The notes beneath the pieces are model-generated. The model saw only the letters and a program-made list of their open reading frames with translations. It ran no database searches and had not been told where the DNA came from. This document shows positions 9,501 to 20,868 of a DNA stretch of 64,000 nt, one piece after another; position 1 is the first letter of the stretch, and each line of letters begins with the position of its first letter. This DNA is from an uncultured Actinomycetota bacterium. Lineage in GTDB: Bacteria; Actinomycetota; Actinomycetes; Propionibacteriales; Propionibacteriaceae. The translations under genes and the position numbers were made by a program. The stretch is from NCBI GenBank assembly GCA_963723475.1, contig CAVRQV010000015.1, positions 102,263 through 166,262 of the forward strand, written 5' to 3'.

Positions 9501-10553
9501 ATGGCGCGCATGACCGTCAAGACCCTCGCGGCTGTGCTCGGTGTCTCGCCAGCAACCGTCTCGAACGCCTACAACCGTCCCGACCAGCTGTCACCGCAGT
9601 TGCGCGAGCGGATCCTGGCGACGGCCGAGGAGCTCGGCTACCCCGGACCCGACGCTGCCGGGCGGACCCTCCGCATGGGCCGAGCGGACGCTGTCGGGGT
9701 GCTTCTGTCGGAGCGGCTTTCGTACGCGTTCTCCGACCCCTTCGCGATCGAGTTCCTGACCGGTCTCAGCGAGGTCGTCGAAGAACACGGGATCAGCATC
9801 GTGCTGATGCCCCTCTCCGGACGGGTGGCCGACTCACCGACCGGCGTGAGCGAGAGCGACATGACTGCCGTGCGGCACGCCAATATCGATGCACTGACTA
9901 TCCTTTCGCGACCCGCGGACCATCCCGCGGCGATGCTGGCGAGAGCGCGCGGAATCAGGTTGGTGACCACCAGCGCCAGCAAAGATCCCGAATCCAGCTG
10001 GGTGGCCATCGACGACTTCGGCGCGGGTGTCATGGTGGGTGAGCATCTCGCCGGCCTGGGGCACCGGGACATTGCTGTCCTCGTCGAGACCAACCGACCC
10101 GCGGGCAGTCCGGGGCGGCGCCTCGATCCAGCCGGGCTGAGCTTCCTCGACTACGCCGCTCGCGTGGCGGGTTTACGCAGGTCGATACCGGGACAGGTCG
10201 TGATCGTTTCCGGCGGCCACAACTCGATCGAGTCCGGCACCACCGCTACCACCTGGCTACTCGACCATGATCAGCTTCCGACGGCGATTGTCGGCCTGAG
10301 TGACGTCCTGGCCCTCGGTGCACTGCGGGCATTGGCGAACCGCGGGCTGCGCACGCCAGCCGATGTGTCGTTGTGTGGCTTCGACGACATCCCCGCAGCC
10401 AAAGCCGCCGACCTCACCACAGTTCATCAGCCGATCCGGGACAAGGGGCGACACGTGGGTCGGTTGCTCATCGACCCGGAATCCTGGCCACGCCAGGTAC
10501 TGCTACCGATCAGCTTGGTTCCGCGTGCCACCACCGGGCCGGCGCCTGAATAG
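9501..10553 (+). CDS. LacI-family transcriptional regulator
   Basis: [24 protein letters not shown]; SDVLALG, GFDDIP, LTTVHQP. Confidence 0.93.
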   Translation: MARMTVKTLAAVLGVSPATVSNAYNRPDQLSPQLRERILATAEELGYPGPDAAGRTLRMGRADAVGVLLSERLSYAFSDPFAIEFLTGLSEVVEEHGISIVLMPLSGRVADSPTGVSESDMTAVRHANIDALTILSRPADHPAAMLARARGIRLVTTSASKDPESSWVAIDDFGAGVMVGEHLAGLGHRDIAVLVETNRPAGSPGRRLDPAGLSFLDYAARVAGLRRSIPGQVVIVSGGHNSIESGTTATTWLLDHDQLPTAIVGLSDVLALGALRALANRGLRTPADVSLCGFDDIPAAKAADLTTVHQPIRDKGRHVGRLLIDPESWPRQVLLPISLVPRATTGPAPE

Positions 10554-10583
10554 CTCGCCCAGCAGGTTCCAGCGGTGGTGCTC

Positions 10584-11801
10584 TCAATCAAGCAGGTCAC
10601 GGATCACGCCATCCGCGAGCAGCCTCCCGTTGCGGGTCAAGATCAACATGCCATCCTCGACCACCACCAGGCGCCTCGCCACAAGATCAACAAGGCGACT
10701 CTGCTCTGTGAGGGTCAGCAGTGAGGTGGTGAGGCCGTCAGCGAGACGAAGCTCAAGCAGGATGCGTTCGACGCGCCGTTGCTCCGGCGACAGCAGTTCA
10801 CGGGCCTGAGCCGGCGAACGGCCAGAGGCAAGCCTGGACGCGTACGCCTGGGGATGCTTGACGTTCCACCACCGCACGCCACCCACATGGCTGTGCGCCC
10901 CTGGGCCGATACCCCACCAATGATGGCTGCGCCAGTAGCCGAGATTATGCCGACAGCGGGTCGCCGCACTCCGGGACCAGTTGCTTACCTCGTACGCCGT
11001 GTGGCCAGCAGCAGTCAGCCGGTGATCGGCGATCAGATACTTGTCTGCAAGATCATCATCATCGGTGTGGGGAAGCTCACCGCGGCGGATCCGAGCCGCC
11101 AGCCGAGTACCTTCTTCCACGATCAGTGCGTAGGCGCTGATGTGCTGCGGTGCCGCTGACACCGCGGCATCCAGGCTTTCCAACCAATCGGTCGCCGACT
11201 CCCCCGGCGTTCCGTAAATCAGGTCGAGGCTGATGTTGGCGAAGCCCGCCGCTTTGGCCTCGGCCACCACCCTTGGCGGACGGCCCGGCGAGTGAGTGCG
11301 GTCGAGTGTTGCGAGCACGTGGGATACCGCTGACTGCATGCCGAAGGAGATCCGGTTGAAGCCCAGCTCGCGAAGCCGGTGCAGACCCGCCGCGTCAATT
11401 GACTCCGGGTTGGATTCAGTCGTCACCTCGGCGTCCGGTGCGAGCCCGAAATGCTGGTGCACCGCCGCAATCAGCCGACCAAGATCATCTGGCGGTAACA
11501 CCGTCGGGGTGCCACCTCCGACGAAGATCGTCGAGACTGCTGGAGCGTCCCCGTCCAGCACTCGAGCTGCTAGCCCGAGCTCATGGATCGCGGCGTCAAC
11601 GTAGCCTGCGCGGCTGGCTCCTGGCTCGCTGCCGAGCTCGGCGGCGGTATAGGTGTTGAAATCGCAGTAGCCGCACCGTGTCAAGCAGAACGGGACGTGG
11701 ATGTAGATGCCGAGAGGTCGGAGTGAGAGCTCCGACAGCGCCTGCTCAGGCAGCGAGCCGTCGCTCGGCGCAGGCTGTCCCTCAGGCATCACCGACGGCA
11801 T
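10584..11801 (-). CDS. hemW: Radical SAM heme chaperone HemW
   Basis: YIHVPFCLTRCGYCDFN, GGGTPT, YEVSN, HNLGYW, GIGPGAHS. Confidence 0.93.
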   Translation of the reverse strand: MPSVMPEGQPAPSDGSLPEQALSELSLRPLGIYIHVPFCLTRCGYCDFNTYTAAELGSEPGASRAGYVDAAIHELGLAARVLDGDAPAVSTIFVGGGTPTVLPPDDLGRLIAAVHQHFGLAPDAEVTTESNPESIDAAGLHRLRELGFNRISFGMQSAVSHVLATLDRTHSPGRPPRVVAEAKAAGFANISLDLIYGTPGESATDWLESLDAAVSAAPQHISAYALIVEEGTRLAARIRRGELPHTDDDDLADKYLIADHRLTAAGHTAYEVSNWSRSAATRCRHNLGYWRSHHWWGIGPGAHSHVGGVRWWNVKHPQAYASRLASGRSPAQARELLSPEQRRVERILLELRLADGLTTSLLTLTEQSRLVDLVARRLVVVEDGMLILTRNGRLLADGVIRDLLD

Positions 11802-11862
11802 GCTTTGAGGTTAGTGTCCGGCCCCACAGGTGTCCCGGCCAGCAAGGGTCTCCCTGAAAACT

Positions 11863-13266
11863 TCACTCCAGCCGAGCCTGCGTCACGCGACTCAGGCGTG
11901 AACCGTCCGGCGATGCCGCACCTGGAGTGAAGTTTTCATGGCGAGCTGGCAGCGGCGACGACTTCTCAGCATGGACCTGGCGACGGTCCGCGAGCCAGCG
12001 CCGGAACCCGACGAACACCACAACACCAAGCGCCATCCCGAAGGCGAGAGCCTGGATCAAGGTCTCATGATCGAAGACGAACGCCACATAGAGAGCACCC
12101 CATACCGACAGCCACTCCAGTCGGCCGGCCATGATCACCAGGACGACGAAGGGCAGCGCGTACCAGGGATAGATCGGGGTCGCGATCAGGAAGGAGCAAC
12201 CGTAAAGCCAGCAGCAGGTCACCAGCACCGGCTCCCGCGACGAGCGTACGACGGCCAGGACAGCGCAGCAGGCCGCCAGCGCCAAGGCGACAGGCATCCG
12301 CCACAGCTCGGGCAACCAACTGAGCAGCGCGAACCGGCGGGCTCCGTCGTAGCCTTCCTCCCGCCAGTAGCCGGGCAGGAAGCCCAATACCAAGACGCCG
12401 ACCGCCACCAGATGCGGCAGGTACGACGCCGTCACAAAAGCCAACGCGGTCACTGTCGTCCGCCAGCGGCCACCCCGGAGGAAGGCGGGAACCAGCAGCA
12501 GCGGCACCAGCTTGAGGCCGCCCGCCAGGCCGAGGAACACTCCCGCCAGCCAGTGCCGCCTTCGCACGGCGGCCCAACCGAGCCCAAAGACACATAACGC
12601 GGAAATGGCGTCCAGGTGTGCGCCGTTCGCGGCCTCCAGCGCGACCGCTGGGCAGCCACCGTAGAGCAGCGCCCAGCCACTTCGACCACCGAGAAAGCGT
12701 GCCAGCAGCCAGGTGGTCAACACGACCGCCCCGGCGGCCGCGATCTGCAAACCCAGAGTGCCGGCCGCCCTCGGAGTGAAGAACGCCACCGAGGCGAACC
12801 AGAGCTGTGCGATCGGGGGATAGATGGTCGGTACCTCAGGCCGATTGATCAACGGCGGCTCACCCTCCGGGAAGAGCAGCTGGTCGCGGAGGTGCGCCAG
12901 GGCGGGATCCAGTGGAACGAACTGGTACGGATCGATGCCAGCCAGCAGCACTTGCCCGTCCCAGATGTAGCGATACGCATCGTCGCTGGTTCGCGGCATG
13001 AAGAGCAGATGCGGAAGCTGGACGGCGAGGGTGACGAGCACGACGAACCAGATCGGCGCACCGGAGGCATCCTTTCGCACCATGATCACTAGGCCGACGA
13101 AGATCATGCCGACCCCCGCGATCACCCGACCGAACCAGTGCAGATGCGCGAGGGTGATCATCATGAGCAGATTCACCAGCACGATGGTCAAGGCGGCGAT
13201 GATCAAGCGACGGCTCGGGCGCTGCGACGGCGCGTCTCTGATCACAATCTGCCGTGCACTGATCAT
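11863..13266 (-). CDS. GT-C (GT87/DUF2029-like) membrane glycosyltransferase
   Basis: SDDAYRYIWDG, PTIYPP, AHLD, K-x-x-P, YPWY; multiple TM segments. Confidence 0.8.
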   Translation of the reverse strand: MISARQIVIRDAPSQRPSRRLIIAALTIVLVNLLMMITLAHLHWFGRVIAGVGMIFVGLVIMVRKDASGAPIWFVVLVTLAVQLPHLLFMPRTSDDAYRYIWDGQVLLAGIDPYQFVPLDPALAHLRDQLLFPEGEPPLINRPEVPTIYPPIAQLWFASVAFFTPRAAGTLGLQIAAAGAVVLTTWLLARFLGGRSGWALLYGGCPAVALEAANGAHLDAISALCVFGLGWAAVRRRHWLAGVFLGLAGGLKLVPLLLVPAFLRGGRWRTTVTALAFVTASYLPHLVAVGVLVLGFLPGYWREEGYDGARRFALLSWLPELWRMPVALALAACCAVLAVVRSSREPVLVTCCWLYGCSFLIATPIYPWYALPFVVLVIMAGRLEWLSVWGALYVAFVFDHETLIQALAFGMALGVVVFVGFRRWLADRRQVHAEKSSPLPARHENFTPGAASPDGSRLSRVTQARLE

Positions 13267-13269
13267 TGA

Positions 13270-13902
13270 TCAGCTCATCATCGCCTGGTAGCTGCGCGAG
13301 AAGAGCAGTTCAGGGAACTGCCTGGCCACCTGCACTGCATCCTCCGGACGATCAACATCGCGCAGCAGCGGCAGCAGCTTCACGCTCAGCCCGACGTCGA
13401 CGAGCCGCGCCAGCTGGTCTGAACCCGTGCGGGCGGTGGACATTGGTACCGCGTCAAAGAGCCCGGCTGGATGTCCATACCGCAGGCCGATCGCCCAGAA
13501 GCCGCCGTCCTCACTCAGCCCGATGACGGCATCCGCTCCTTCCCAATCGCTGTCCAGCAGCTGAGTGGTGACCTGCGGCGTGTCCATGCCGATCAGCAGA
13601 GCCGGCTCGCCCGTGGGCTCCGCGACCGCAGCTGCGAATGCTGCGGCCAGTCGCACATTGAGTGTTCCCGGCGGCTGGCTGATCACCTCGAAGCCTCCCT
13701 GCCAGGACGCTCGATCCCCTTCCCACGCCAGAATGCGGCGGGTCGCCCCACAAGTCCGCACCGCCTTGACGGTGTCCTCGAGCGCCGCCGCCGCGAGCCG
13801 GGCCGCCTGGCTCGCGCTGAACGCGGGCTGCAACCGAGTCTTGACCCGACCCGGGACCGGTTCCTTGGCCAGCACGATGACGGTCCCTGCATGATCACTC
13901 AT
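13270..13902 (-). CDS. DUF2064 / TIGR04282-type nucleotidyl/glycosyltransferase-like protein
   Basis: AKEPVPGRVKTRL, IGMDTPQ, DGGFWAIG, LRDVD. Confidence 0.85.
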   Translation of the reverse strand: MSDHAGTVIVLAKEPVPGRVKTRLQPAFSASQAARLAAAALEDTVKAVRTCGATRRILAWEGDRASWQGGFEVISQPPGTLNVRLAAAFAAAVAEPTGEPALLIGMDTPQVTTQLLDSDWEGADAVIGLSEDGGFWAIGLRYGHPAGLFDAVPMSTARTGSDQLARLVDVGLSVKLLPLLRDVDRPEDAVQVARQFPELLFSRSYQAMMS

Positions 13903-14579
13903 GGCGCGCGGGGCGCCTGCAAGGCGGCACTCATATCCCGGACCGCGCGCCAGGCGCCCAAGGGAGAACCGGTGACTTTCGATCGTCCGCGGCGTGGCAG
14001 ATAGTCAACTCTCACCTCGACGATTCGCCATCCGGCGTCGGAGGCGCGTACCAGGGTCTCGGCTGGATAGCCAGAACGGCGGTCTCGGACCTCTAAGGCC
14101 AGCAGCGACTCGCGGGGAGCCGCGCGCATCGGGCCGAGGTCGGCAACCCTGAGACCGGTGCGCCTGTGTACTCGCCGGGACAACTCCCGATTCGCGAGTC
14201 GCAGTAGCCACGGGAAGGCCGCGGCGCTAACTGGCGAGCGAGTGCCGATGACCAGATCGGCTGTACCGCCGATGATGGGCGCCACGACGCGATCCAGTTG
14301 CTGGGGATTCAGGCTGGCATCGGCGTCCATCACCGCCACGACGGGCGCCGTCGCGGCCAGTAGGCCTGCATGGCAGGCCGCACCGTATCCCCGCTGTGGC
14401 GCGTGAACCACCCGCGCACCATGATCATGGGCGATGGCGACCGAGCCGTCCGTCGAACCGTTGTCGACAACGATCGGCCGTATCCCGGGGGGCATGCGCC
14501 CCAGCACCCAGCCGAGTGCCTCGGCCTCATTGAGGCACGGCAGGATGACGTCGACCTCAGGCGGCAACGCACCGGCCAT
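13899..14579 (-). CDS. GT2-family glycosyltransferase (polyprenol-phosphate sugar synthase-like)
   Basis: LPCLNE, VVDNGSTDGS, RGYGAAC, MDAD, GRSKVTG. Confidence 0.88.
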   Translation of the reverse strand: MAGALPPEVDVILPCLNEAEALGWVLGRMPPGIRPIVVDNGSTDGSVAIAHDHGARVVHAPQRGYGAACHAGLLAATAPVVAVMDADASLNPQQLDRVVAPIIGGTADLVIGTRSPVSAAAFPWLLRLANRELSRRVHRRTGLRVADLGPMRAAPRESLLALEVRDRRSGYPAETLVRASDAGWRIVEVRVDYLPRRGRSKVTGSPLGAWRAVRDMSAALQAPRAP

Positions 14580-14699
14580 GCTCCGACGCTACGGTCGGTT
14601 CGCCACCGCTGGGCAGAGGCAAATCGCTTTCGACTCGCTTACGCCCTCGAGCACGGTATGCCCGCGGTGTAGTCGCCGTAATGCCTTCTGCCTAGGCTG

Positions 14700-15428
14700 A
14701 TGATCATGACAGCGCGCGTGCTAGTCGTCGAGGACGACGTCACGATGGCGGAAGTGCTGAAGGCCTATCTCACCAGGGCTGGTTACCAGGTGGAATGGAG
14801 CGGGAATGGTGGCGAGGCCGCCCAGCTCTGGCAACGGATCAGCCCGGACGTCGTCATCTTGGACATCATGTTGCCCGGCCTATCGGGCCTGGAGCTGCTG
14901 CGTCGGCGGCGGCGCAGCGGAGATCATGCGTGCGTCATCATGCTGTCCGCACGCGGCGAGGAAGAGGATCGTCTGGTCGGACTGGAGACAGGTGCCGATG
15001 ACTATGTCGTCAAGCCTTTCTCACCACGCGAGGTGGTGTTGCGTGTCGAAGCCCTGCTGCGGCGTACCGAGCGACTGGCCGGCACGCCGCTGCTGAATTC
15101 GACCGTGACGCTCGGGCCGGTGACGATCGATTCAGCGGCCCGCGAAGCTCGCCGGTCCGGTCGGCCGCTGGCTTTGACGATGCGAGAGTTCGACTTGTTG
15201 GCCTTCCTCGCCAGTCACCCCGGTCAAACCTTCAGCAAGGAAGAACTCCTGCGGCGAGTCTGGGGCTGGGACTTCGGCGATACATCAACGGTGACAGTGC
15301 ATGTCCGTCGGCTTCGGGAGAAGCTGGAGCGAGATCCTTCCGATCCGATGCTGGTGCTCACGGTGGGACGCTTTGGCTATCGCATGGCGCGGGAGGACGA
15401 GCTGGTCGGCGAGGACAGGCAGTCATGA
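14700..15428 (+). CDS. OmpR-family response regulator
   Basis: VVEDD, LDIMLP, GADDYVVKPFSPRE, TVTVHVRRLREK. Confidence 0.93.
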   Translation: MIMTARVLVVEDDVTMAEVLKAYLTRAGYQVEWSGNGGEAAQLWQRISPDVVILDIMLPGLSGLELLRRRRRSGDHACVIMLSARGEEEDRLVGLETGADDYVVKPFSPREVVLRVEALLRRTERLAGTPLLNSTVTLGPVTIDSAAREARRSGRPLALTMREFDLLAFLASHPGQTFSKEELLRRVWGWDFGDTSTVTVHVRRLREKLERDPSDPMLVLTVGRFGYRMAREDELVGEDRQS

Positions 15429-16588
15429 CAGACCTCATGATCATCATCGGACTCACGCTGGCCAGCTGCCTTGCCGTCGGGTTGATCGGGTTGGCGCTAC
15501 TCCATCTGGTGCGTTACCGATCGCTGCGTCAACAGCTGACGATCGCCACGCTGCTGCCGGTTGTGGCGGTGGCAGCAACGGTGTTGATCAATGTGCAGTT
15601 GATGTTCTTGTCTGCTCACGACTCGTTGGTGATTCTGATCGCACTGCTGACGTCATTGCTGCTCGCGGCGCTCGGCGCCTGGCTGGTGGTGCGTCGCATC
15701 GCGCGTGCCTCCCGGCGCGTCGGCGCTGGCCTGCACCAGCTCGTCTCGGACTCGAGCAGCGGCACCCCGGTCGAAGCAGCCGGGTTGGCCGAAGCCGCCG
15801 CCGCGCCGCGAGAGCTTGCAGAGGTACTCGACGACTTGGCCGAAACCCGCCGAACCTTGGCTGAATCACGGGCTCGCGAGCGGGCCGCCGAGCAGTCCCG
15901 CCAGGAGCTGGTCAGCTTCATGTCCCATGACCTGCGTACGCCACTGACCGGTTTGCGCGCGCTTTCGGAGGGCTTGGAGGACGGTGTGATCGACGACGTG
16001 CCGCGAGCGATGTCTCATCTGCGAGCGACCGTGGCGCGGATGAGCGTTCTGGTGGACGACCTGTTCGCACTGTCGCGCGTGCAAGGCACCAGGGAGGCCA
16101 AACCGCAGACGCTGGTGTCACTTACGGAGCTGATCAGTGATGTGGCGTCGGAGTCGGCGGCAACGGCTCGGACACAAGGGGTACAGCTCGAGGTCGATGT
16201 TCCAGAGAACGACCGGCTGGCGGTGCTCGGATCCTCCGACGATCTGGCCAGGGCATTGACCAACCTGACCACGAACGCGATCCGGCACACCGACCGGGAG
16301 CTGGTCGTGCGACTTGAGGGCCGACGAACCGAGGACGGTCATATTCGGGTTGCAGTCAGTGACAGCTGTGGCGGGATTCCCGAAGCCAATCTCTCCCGGG
16401 TATTCGACGCCGGCTGGCGCGGCACCCCGTCCCGCAGCGGCGACGACGGCGGGGCCGGCCTGGGTCTGGCGATTGCGCGCGGCGTGGTCGAGTCGCACGG
16501 CGGCGAGATCTCGGTATCCAACATCGACGGAGGCTGCCGCTTCGAGGTGGCCTTACCAGTCCCCCAACCGGCAAGCCACTCCGCGTGA
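15425..16588 (+). CDS. Sensor histidine kinase (HisKA)
   Basis: SHDLRTPL, NAIRHT, DSCGGI, GAGLGLAI. Confidence 0.92.
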   Translation: MTDLMIIIGLTLASCLAVGLIGLALLHLVRYRSLRQQLTIATLLPVVAVAATVLINVQLMFLSAHDSLVILIALLTSLLLAALGAWLVVRRIARASRRVGAGLHQLVSDSSSGTPVEAAGLAEAAAAPRELAEVLDDLAETRRTLAESRARERAAEQSRQELVSFMSHDLRTPLTGLRALSEGLEDGVIDDVPRAMSHLRATVARMSVLVDDLFALSRVQGTREAKPQTLVSLTELISDVASESAATARTQGVQLEVDVPENDRLAVLGSSDDLARALTNLTTNAIRHTDRELVVRLEGRRTEDGHIRVAVSDSCGGIPEANLSRVFDAGWRGTPSRSGDDGGAGLGLAIARGVVESHGGEISVSNIDGGCRFEVALPVPQPASHSA

Positions 16589-17596
16589 ACGTACTGCTCA
16601 CCGGCGCCGCCGGTTTTGTCGGTCGGCCAGTTCATGATCAACTCGCGGCGACCGGGCACACGATCCGTGCCTTCGACCGGGTACTCGACCGACGGGACGA
16701 CATCACTGATCATGATCGGCTCGTGAGCGGCGGCATCCGGCTGCGACGCTGTCATCCACCTGGCCGCCAAGGTCGGCCTAGGGGTCAGCATCCTCGACAT
16801 CGACGATTACGCGCTGCACAACGATTACGGCACGGCGGTGGCACTCCGCGTGGCAGCTGAAGCAGGCATCTCGCGGTTCGTGTACGCCTCCTCGATGGTC
16901 GTCTACGGTGAGGGCCGCTACCGCTGTGCGGAACACGGCTCCGTTCGCCCGCCACCACGCCGTAGGCACGATCTTGATGCTGGGCGCTTCGATCCCCTGT
17001 GCCCGATCTGCGGTGCTGAGCTGGCTCCCGAACTGGTAGCGGAGTCGGCGCCGCTCGATCCGCGCAACGTCTATGCGGCAACGAAAGCACACGGGGAGCA
17101 GCTGGCGGCGATCTGGAGCCGGGAGACCGGCGGCACCGTCGCCGCCCTGCGCTTCCACAACGTCTATGGCCCGGGGATGCCGCGAGACACTCCGTACGCC
17201 GGAGTGACGTCGATCTTCACCGACAGCCTGCTGCGTGGTGAGGCTCCGCGCGTCTTCGAGGACGGTCGCCAGCGCCGCAACTTCATCCACGTATCGGATG
17301 TGGCTGCTGCGGTGCCCGCGGCGCTTCACGCCCGGCTCCCGGTAGGGCTGACGCCGCTGAACATCGGCACACCTTGGGTGATGACCGTCGGGCGAGATGG
17401 CGGCCGAGTTGAGCCTCAGCTTGGGCGGGCCGGCGCCGGTCGTGACTGGCGAATACCGCCTGGGCGACGTACGGCACATCACCGCCGACTGTTCGGCTGC
17501 GGAGCGAGTGCTCGGCTGGCGCGCCCAGATCGATCTCGCCACCGGCCTCGCCGACTTGTCAGCGTCTGTGGTTGCTCTGGCGGCCACTGGCGCTGA
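16585..17596 (+). CDS. NAD-dependent epimerase/dehydratase (frameshifted near 16730 and 17392; 3' end approximate)
   Basis: LTGAAGFVG, HLAAKVG, ASSMVVYG, YAATK, RFHNVYGP, GDVRH distributed over successive frames. Confidence 0.8.
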
Positions 17597-17612
17597 CAAC
17601 CGGCGTAAAGAG

Positions 17613-18514
17613 TCAGGGGATCAGGACGAGCTTTCCCCGGCCGTGGCCTGCCTGGATGATCTGATACGCCTCCGCGGCTCGGCCGAAGGGGAAGGTCTGG
17701 AACTTGATCACCAGCTTGCTCTGTTCCAGAAGCTCGGCAGCCTCAGACAGGGCCTTCATGGACTGGCTGTCCGCCGAGCCGCCGGTAACCCGAGCGCCGG
17801 CTGCGGCGGCTGCGAAGTTGGCGATGGAGACAACCTGAGACGGCTCCGGGGCAAGGCTGATCAGTTCCTCAATCGGAGTCTTGCCTACCGCGTCGAGCAC
17901 AGCATCGATCTTCTCCACATCGAGTGCCCGCACCCGGTCCACCATGCCTTCGCCATAGACCACCGGAATGGCGCCAATTTCGCGGAGATAGTCGTGGTTG
18001 CCCTCACTCGCTGATGCGATCACGGTCGCACCCCGCGACTTCGCGATCTGCGTTGTGGCCGAGCCGACCCCGCCTGCCCCTCCGTCGATGAAAAGCGTGG
18101 TGCCCTGAGTTACACTCAGCAGCCGCAGGACTCGCTCAGCCGTCTCGGCGACCACACCGGCCGCTGCTGCAACGGCCCAATCCAGCGAAGCCGGTTTGTG
18201 GACCCATGCGTCAGAACGGCGTATTCAGCTTGGGTGTTTTTGCCAAGACCAAACACGTCATCACCGGTTGAGACGCCGGAGACACCTTCGCCGACCTCGT
18301 CGACAACTCCAGCGGCGTCGTAACCCGGATAACCGGTGCCATCGAGAGGCTTGCCCTGCGCGTACCTACCCGACATGAACTTCCAGTCAGCCCCATTGAC
18401 GCTCGCCGCGCGTACCAGAATGCGAATCTGCCCAGGTCCCGCATGCGGCTCGGGCGCCTCACCCACGCTGAGGACCTCGGGGCCGCCGTACTCGGTGAAC
18501 TGAAGTGCAAACAG
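17613..18514 (-). CDS. NADP-dependent (quinone) oxidoreductase, MDR family (frameshift near 18210)
   Basis: [32 protein letters not shown] in one frame; GGAGGVG...GRGKLVL in another. Confidence 0.82.
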
Positions 18515-18568
18515 TCTGTCCCAATTTCTCTGTTCTGCTGCGTCTGCTCGCAAGAGATCGTTGCACAA

Positions 18569-20458
18569 CTACTTCTTCTCGGCCTTCCCGGTATCCGCGG
18601 TGGAGAGCGCAGCCACGAACGCCTCGGGCGGGAACCTCGACCCGGCCGACCATCTTCATCCGCTTCTTGCCCTCCTTCTGCCGTTCGAGCAGCTTGCGCT
18701 TCCGCGTGATGTCGCCGCCGTAACACTTGGCCAGTACGTCCTTGCGGACTGCCCGGACGGTCTCGCGTGCGATCACCCGACGTCCCGATGGCCGCCTGGA
18801 TCGGAACCTCGAATTGCTGCCTGGGAATCAGCTCCTTCAACTTGGCCGTCATCGTCACGCCATATGAGTAGGCCTTGTCTTTGTGCACGATCGCGGAGAA
18901 TGCGTCGACCGGCTCACCATGCAACAAGATGTCGACCTTGACCAGCTCAGCTTGCTTGTTCACCAGACGGCTCATAGTCGAGGCTCGCATAACCCCTGGT
19001 ACGCGACTTCAGACGCATCGAAGAAGTCAAAAACGATCTCCGCCAGCGGCAGCGTGTAGCGGATCTCGACCCGGTCCTCGGACAGATAATCCATACCGTG
19101 CTGGATCCCGCGACGGCTCTGGCACAGCTCCAAGATGGTGCCGATATAGGTTGCCGGAGCCAAGAATCGTGGCCTTGATGACCGGTTCGTACACCTCCGC
19201 GATCTTGCCACTCGCCGGGTACTGCGAAGGATTCGTGACCTCGAGCTCGGTGCCATCTTCCATGATCACGCGGTAGACGACACTGGGGGCGGTGGAGATC
19301 AAATCAAGATCAAATTCGCGCTCCAGGCGCTCGCGCACGATCTCCATGTGCAGCAGGCCAAGGAAGCCGATCCGGAATCCGAAGCCGAGCGCACCCGAGG
19401 TTTCCGGCTCAAAGCTCAGCGCCGCATCGTTGAGCTGCAGTTTGTCCAAGGCCTCGCGCAATTCCGGATAGTCAGCACCGTCGATTGGATAGAGGCCGGC
19501 GAACACCATCGGCTTAGGGGGCCGGTAGCCACCGAGATCGTGGGCGGCCGGCCGGCTCAATGAGGTGACCGTGTCACCGACGCGAGACTGGCGCACCTCC
19601 TTCACGCCGGTGATCAGATAGCCGACTTCACCAACGCCCAGGGAGGCTGCCTTCGTCGGCTCGGGAGAGATGACGCCCACCTCCAACGTCTCGTGCGCCG
19701 CCTTCGTCGACATCATCAACACCCGCTCACGATGCGACAGCGCACCGTCAATCACGCGTATATAGGTGACGACCCCTCGATAGGTGTCGTACACCGAGTC
19801 GAAGATCAACGCCCTGGCGGGCGCTAGGGGATCGCCGATCGGCGCCGCTATTTGAGCCACGATCTCATCGAGCAGATGCGCCACGCCCTCGCCGGTCTTC
19901 GCCGACACGCGGAGCACCTCAGCTGGATCGCAGCCGATGACTCTGGCCAACTCGGCCGCATACTTGTCCGGCTGGGCACTGGGCAAGTCGATCTTGTTCA
20001 GGACAGGGATCACGTGCAGGTCAGCATCCAAAGCCAGGTAGAGGTTGGCCAGAGTCTGAGCCTCAATGCCCTGCGCGGCATCGACCAGGAGCACCGCACC
20101 CTCGCAGGCGGCCAGGGAGCGGGAGACCTCGTAGGTGAAGTCCACATGGCCCGGCGTGTCGATCATGTTCAGCACATAGGTCTGTGTCGGCACCCGGGTC
20201 GCCACCCTCGCTGCGAATCCTCCACGGCATCCGAACGGCTTGGGATTTGATGGTGATACCGCGTTCCCGCTCAATGTCCATGCGATCCAGGTACTGGGCC
20301 CGCATCGACCGCTCGTCGACAACACCGGTCAGCTGCAGCATCCGGTCGGCCAACGTCGACTTGCCATGGTCGATGTGCGCGATGATGCAGAAGTTGCGGA
20401 TGATCGACGGGTCGGTGCGGCCCGGCGGCGGCGTGAACACGGGACTCACAACCAACAT
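18569..20458 (-). CDS. lepA: Elongation factor 4 LepA (several apparent indels)
   Basis: [70 protein letters not shown] across frames. Confidence 0.95.
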
Positions 20459-20571
20459 CCTCACGTGCTATGGCGAATTTGGCCCGCCGATGGCGCCGCT
20501 GGTAGCGTTATCGGTTGCGCCTGCACAGCAGCGCCCCACACCACATCAGAGAAGAGTTCCAGAGGCCTGTC

Positions 20572-20857
20572 GTGGCGAACATCAAGTCCCAGCTCAAACG
20601 AATCAAGACCAACGAGAAGTCTCATCAGCGTAACAAGGCGACGAAGTCAGCGCTGAAGACCTCTATTCGTCGTTTCCGTGAGGCCGCCGCCGCTGGTGAT
20701 ACCGCCAAGGCTACCGAGCTGGCGTACGCCGCTTCACGCTCGCTGGACAAGGCAGCATCCAAGGGTGTGATCCATAAGAATCAGGCGGCGAATCGCAAGT
20801 CCGCGATCGCGACCAAGGCAGCTCATCTGGAGCCCGCCGGCAAGAAGAAGCAGCTAA
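20572..20857 (+). CDS. rpsT: 30S ribosomal protein S20 (stop appears out of frame; end approximate)
   Basis: [15 protein letters not shown]...[20 protein letters not shown]; the frame reads through into antisense holA, probably an indel near 20850. Confidence 0.93.
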
Positions 20858-20868
20858 CTCTCAGGCCA

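Noticed and set aside
18569-20458. Programmed frameshifting or pseudogenisation of lepA
   Set aside because: Multiple scattered indels without slippery sites; the same pattern occurs in many unrelated genes
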